NCBI GenBank assembly: GCA_963722385.1
Contig: CAVRKK010000002.1
Span: 320,001 to 384,000, forward strand
DNA length: 64,000 nucleotides
Direction of reading: 5' to 3'
Origin: an uncultured bacterium
GTDB taxonomy: Bacteria > Babelota > Babeliae > Babelales > Babelaceae
Part shown: positions 62,664 to 64,000 of the stretch, in pieces
Numbering within the stretch: the first letter of the stretch is position 1
Layout: each line of letters opens with the position of its first letter
Translations under genes and position numbers: made by a program
Notes under the pieces: generated by a model
Database searches by the model: none
Told to the model about the DNA's origin: nothing
What the model saw: the letters and a program-made list of their open reading frames with translations, nothing else

Positions 62664-63693
62664 TTTCGAGAGGAAGCAGAGGGTTTGTGCTCACGGCCGC
62701 CAAAAATGGGTGCATGAATTTTGTGGTGCGAGGCAGGAAGCCGCGGCTTTCGATGCACATCTCAATTGGCCCGGCAAGCTTAAATGAGCGATCAGATGGC
62801 AAAATTATAAGCATATGTCCTTGCTTTCGAGCCCATTCTTGGAGGTTACTGATAGCGACACTGACAGCCGGGGAAGCCCTGTAGAGAGTAGGCATGATAA
62901 TAGTGCAGGAGTGGGACGTTGCTAAGAGCTGGCGAGCTAGGTCGTATGAGCTCGCTGTTGGTTTGAGCAGAATCAATAGATCGAGAGCAGTCGAGCCAAG
63001 CTGCTGCCTAAGCGCTGCAAAAAAGCGATTGCCGAGCTTTTTGACCCCCGATCGGCCATTCACCCCTTGGTCTATGCCGACGATTTTGTTATTAAACCTC
63101 ACCAAGATGAGCGGAATATTTTTTTGTGGCTTGGCCTGCGCGTAAGCGGGTGTACACCAGAGACGGACAAAGAAGCACGAAACTGCTATGAAAAGGAGAA
63201 TATACGCACACCGCACCGGCATAGGTACCGCCGTTTTGTAATGGAAAAACATACAGATTGCAATACCCAGGATGCTTAATATACAATAAGAGGGCTGCGC
63301 GACCTCGAACATAAAACATGGACTCACGTACGAGGTTGTGAAACACCAGAAATTGACGACCTGTTCTATCAACCATGCGAGCGGGCCAAGAGGGAGATGA
63401 AAAAGTTGAGCAATAACCATGCATGATGCAAGGAAAAGAAATATGAGCAAGAAAGGAGCAAAAATAATATTGCCAAAGATACCAAGGAGCGGCAAAGGCA
63501 TGCCCCAAGCCAACATGAGAGGCAATGAGCACGCCATTAAAGCACAATGGATATGGGCAGTACGCCAAAACCCATGCAAAAAACGTGAAAAAATTGAGCG
63601 ACGAGCAGCTGCTTCCATAAAAATCAGCCTCGATACATATTCCGTTTCCGTGTGATAGGGTACGTGTTTTATAAAATTAAGGCAATTTTTCAT
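62593..63693 (-). CDS. ComEC/Rec2-related membrane protein (C-terminal part, degenerate MBL motif)
   Basis: Several TM segments incl. LLGIFGNIIFAPF, then GIDQG and LDLLILLKP lacking the HxHxDH motif; start uncertain. Confidence 0.55.
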   Translation of the reverse strand: MKNCLNFIKHVPYHTETEYVSRLIFMEAAARRSIFSRFLHGFWRTAHIHCALMACSLPLMLAWGMPLPLLGIFGNIIFAPFLLIFLFLASCMVIAQLFHLPLGPLAWLIEQVVNFWCFTTSYVSPCFMFEVAQPSYCILSILGIAICMFFHYKTAVPMPVRCAYILLFIAVSCFFVRLWCTPAYAQAKPQKNIPLILVRFNNKIVGIDQGVNGRSGVKKLGNRFFAALRQQLGSTALDLLILLKPTASSYDLARQLLATSHSCTIIMPTLYRASPAVSVAISNLQEWARKQGHMLIILPSDRSFKLAGPIEMCIESRGFLPRTTKFMHPFLAAVSTNPLLPLEITPVITRRERALLQRQLTPRVNR

Positions 63694-63781
63694 CTTGAAT
63701 TTTTAAAAACTGTTGAGTTTTGGTAATTTTTTATAATATATTAAATATATAATGATATTTTGACACAAAAAAGGAGGACCT

Positions 63782-64000
63782 ATGAAAAAGAGTATAATTT
63801 TATTAGTGAGCATCTTCTTGGGCTTCACAGGCCATTGCTTGGCCAATGGCAACGTACCGGGAGCACCTAAGGCAACCAACCATGAGCTCGCTAAAGTTAT
63901 GCCGCCAGCACCTGCACCCCTTACTCCGGCGCCTGTCAAAAATGCTGAAATCAGTGAGGAATCATTGACCAAGGCGCTTGAAGAGGCACTTGAAGAACCA
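63782..64000 (+). CDS. Partial secreted hypothetical protein (runs off the window)
   Basis: AGGAGG RBS; MKKSIILLVSIFLGFTGHCLA signal; open to the window end; not in the ORF track. Confidence 0.75.
   Translation, partial: MKKSIILLVSIFLGFTGHCLANGNVPGAPKATNHELAKVMPPAPAPLTPAPVKNAEISEESLTKALEEALEEP

Noticed and set aside
63703..63972. 89 aa minus-strand ORF
   Set aside because: Overlaps a better + strand gene (63782 onward) that has an RBS and signal peptide

Overview
Bacterial accessory region (about 1-58 kb) followed by housekeeping genes (zwf, gnd, a clostripain-like protein, a cyclase-family protein and a ComEC-like fragment). The many signal-peptide ankyrin, beta-propeller and collagen-like proteins suggest an intracellular protist-associated bacterium such as Ca. 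Dependentiae/Babelota (inference). The dominant feature is a repeated module: large secreted toxin + immunity gene + signal-peptide ankyrin + giant (1350-1590 aa) coiled-coil protein with a C-terminal Gly-rich hydrophobic hairpin. Two copies carry ~1770 aa haemagglutinin-repeat (CdiA-like) toxins with a PT-TG-like pre-toxin motif and a YxiG-like immunity gene, with no TPS domain or CdiB visible. A third ankyrin/coiled-coil pair follows an unrelated 1294 aa protein with an internal PD-(D/E)xK motif that is preceded by two candidate immunity paralogues. Orphan toxin-tip/immunity cassettes, a ~720 bp identical tip+immunity swap, a 1.82 kb tandem duplication, IS630 and IS200-type insertions, and unannotated gene remnants record active recombination. 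All family assignments come from reading motifs by eye, not from database searches.
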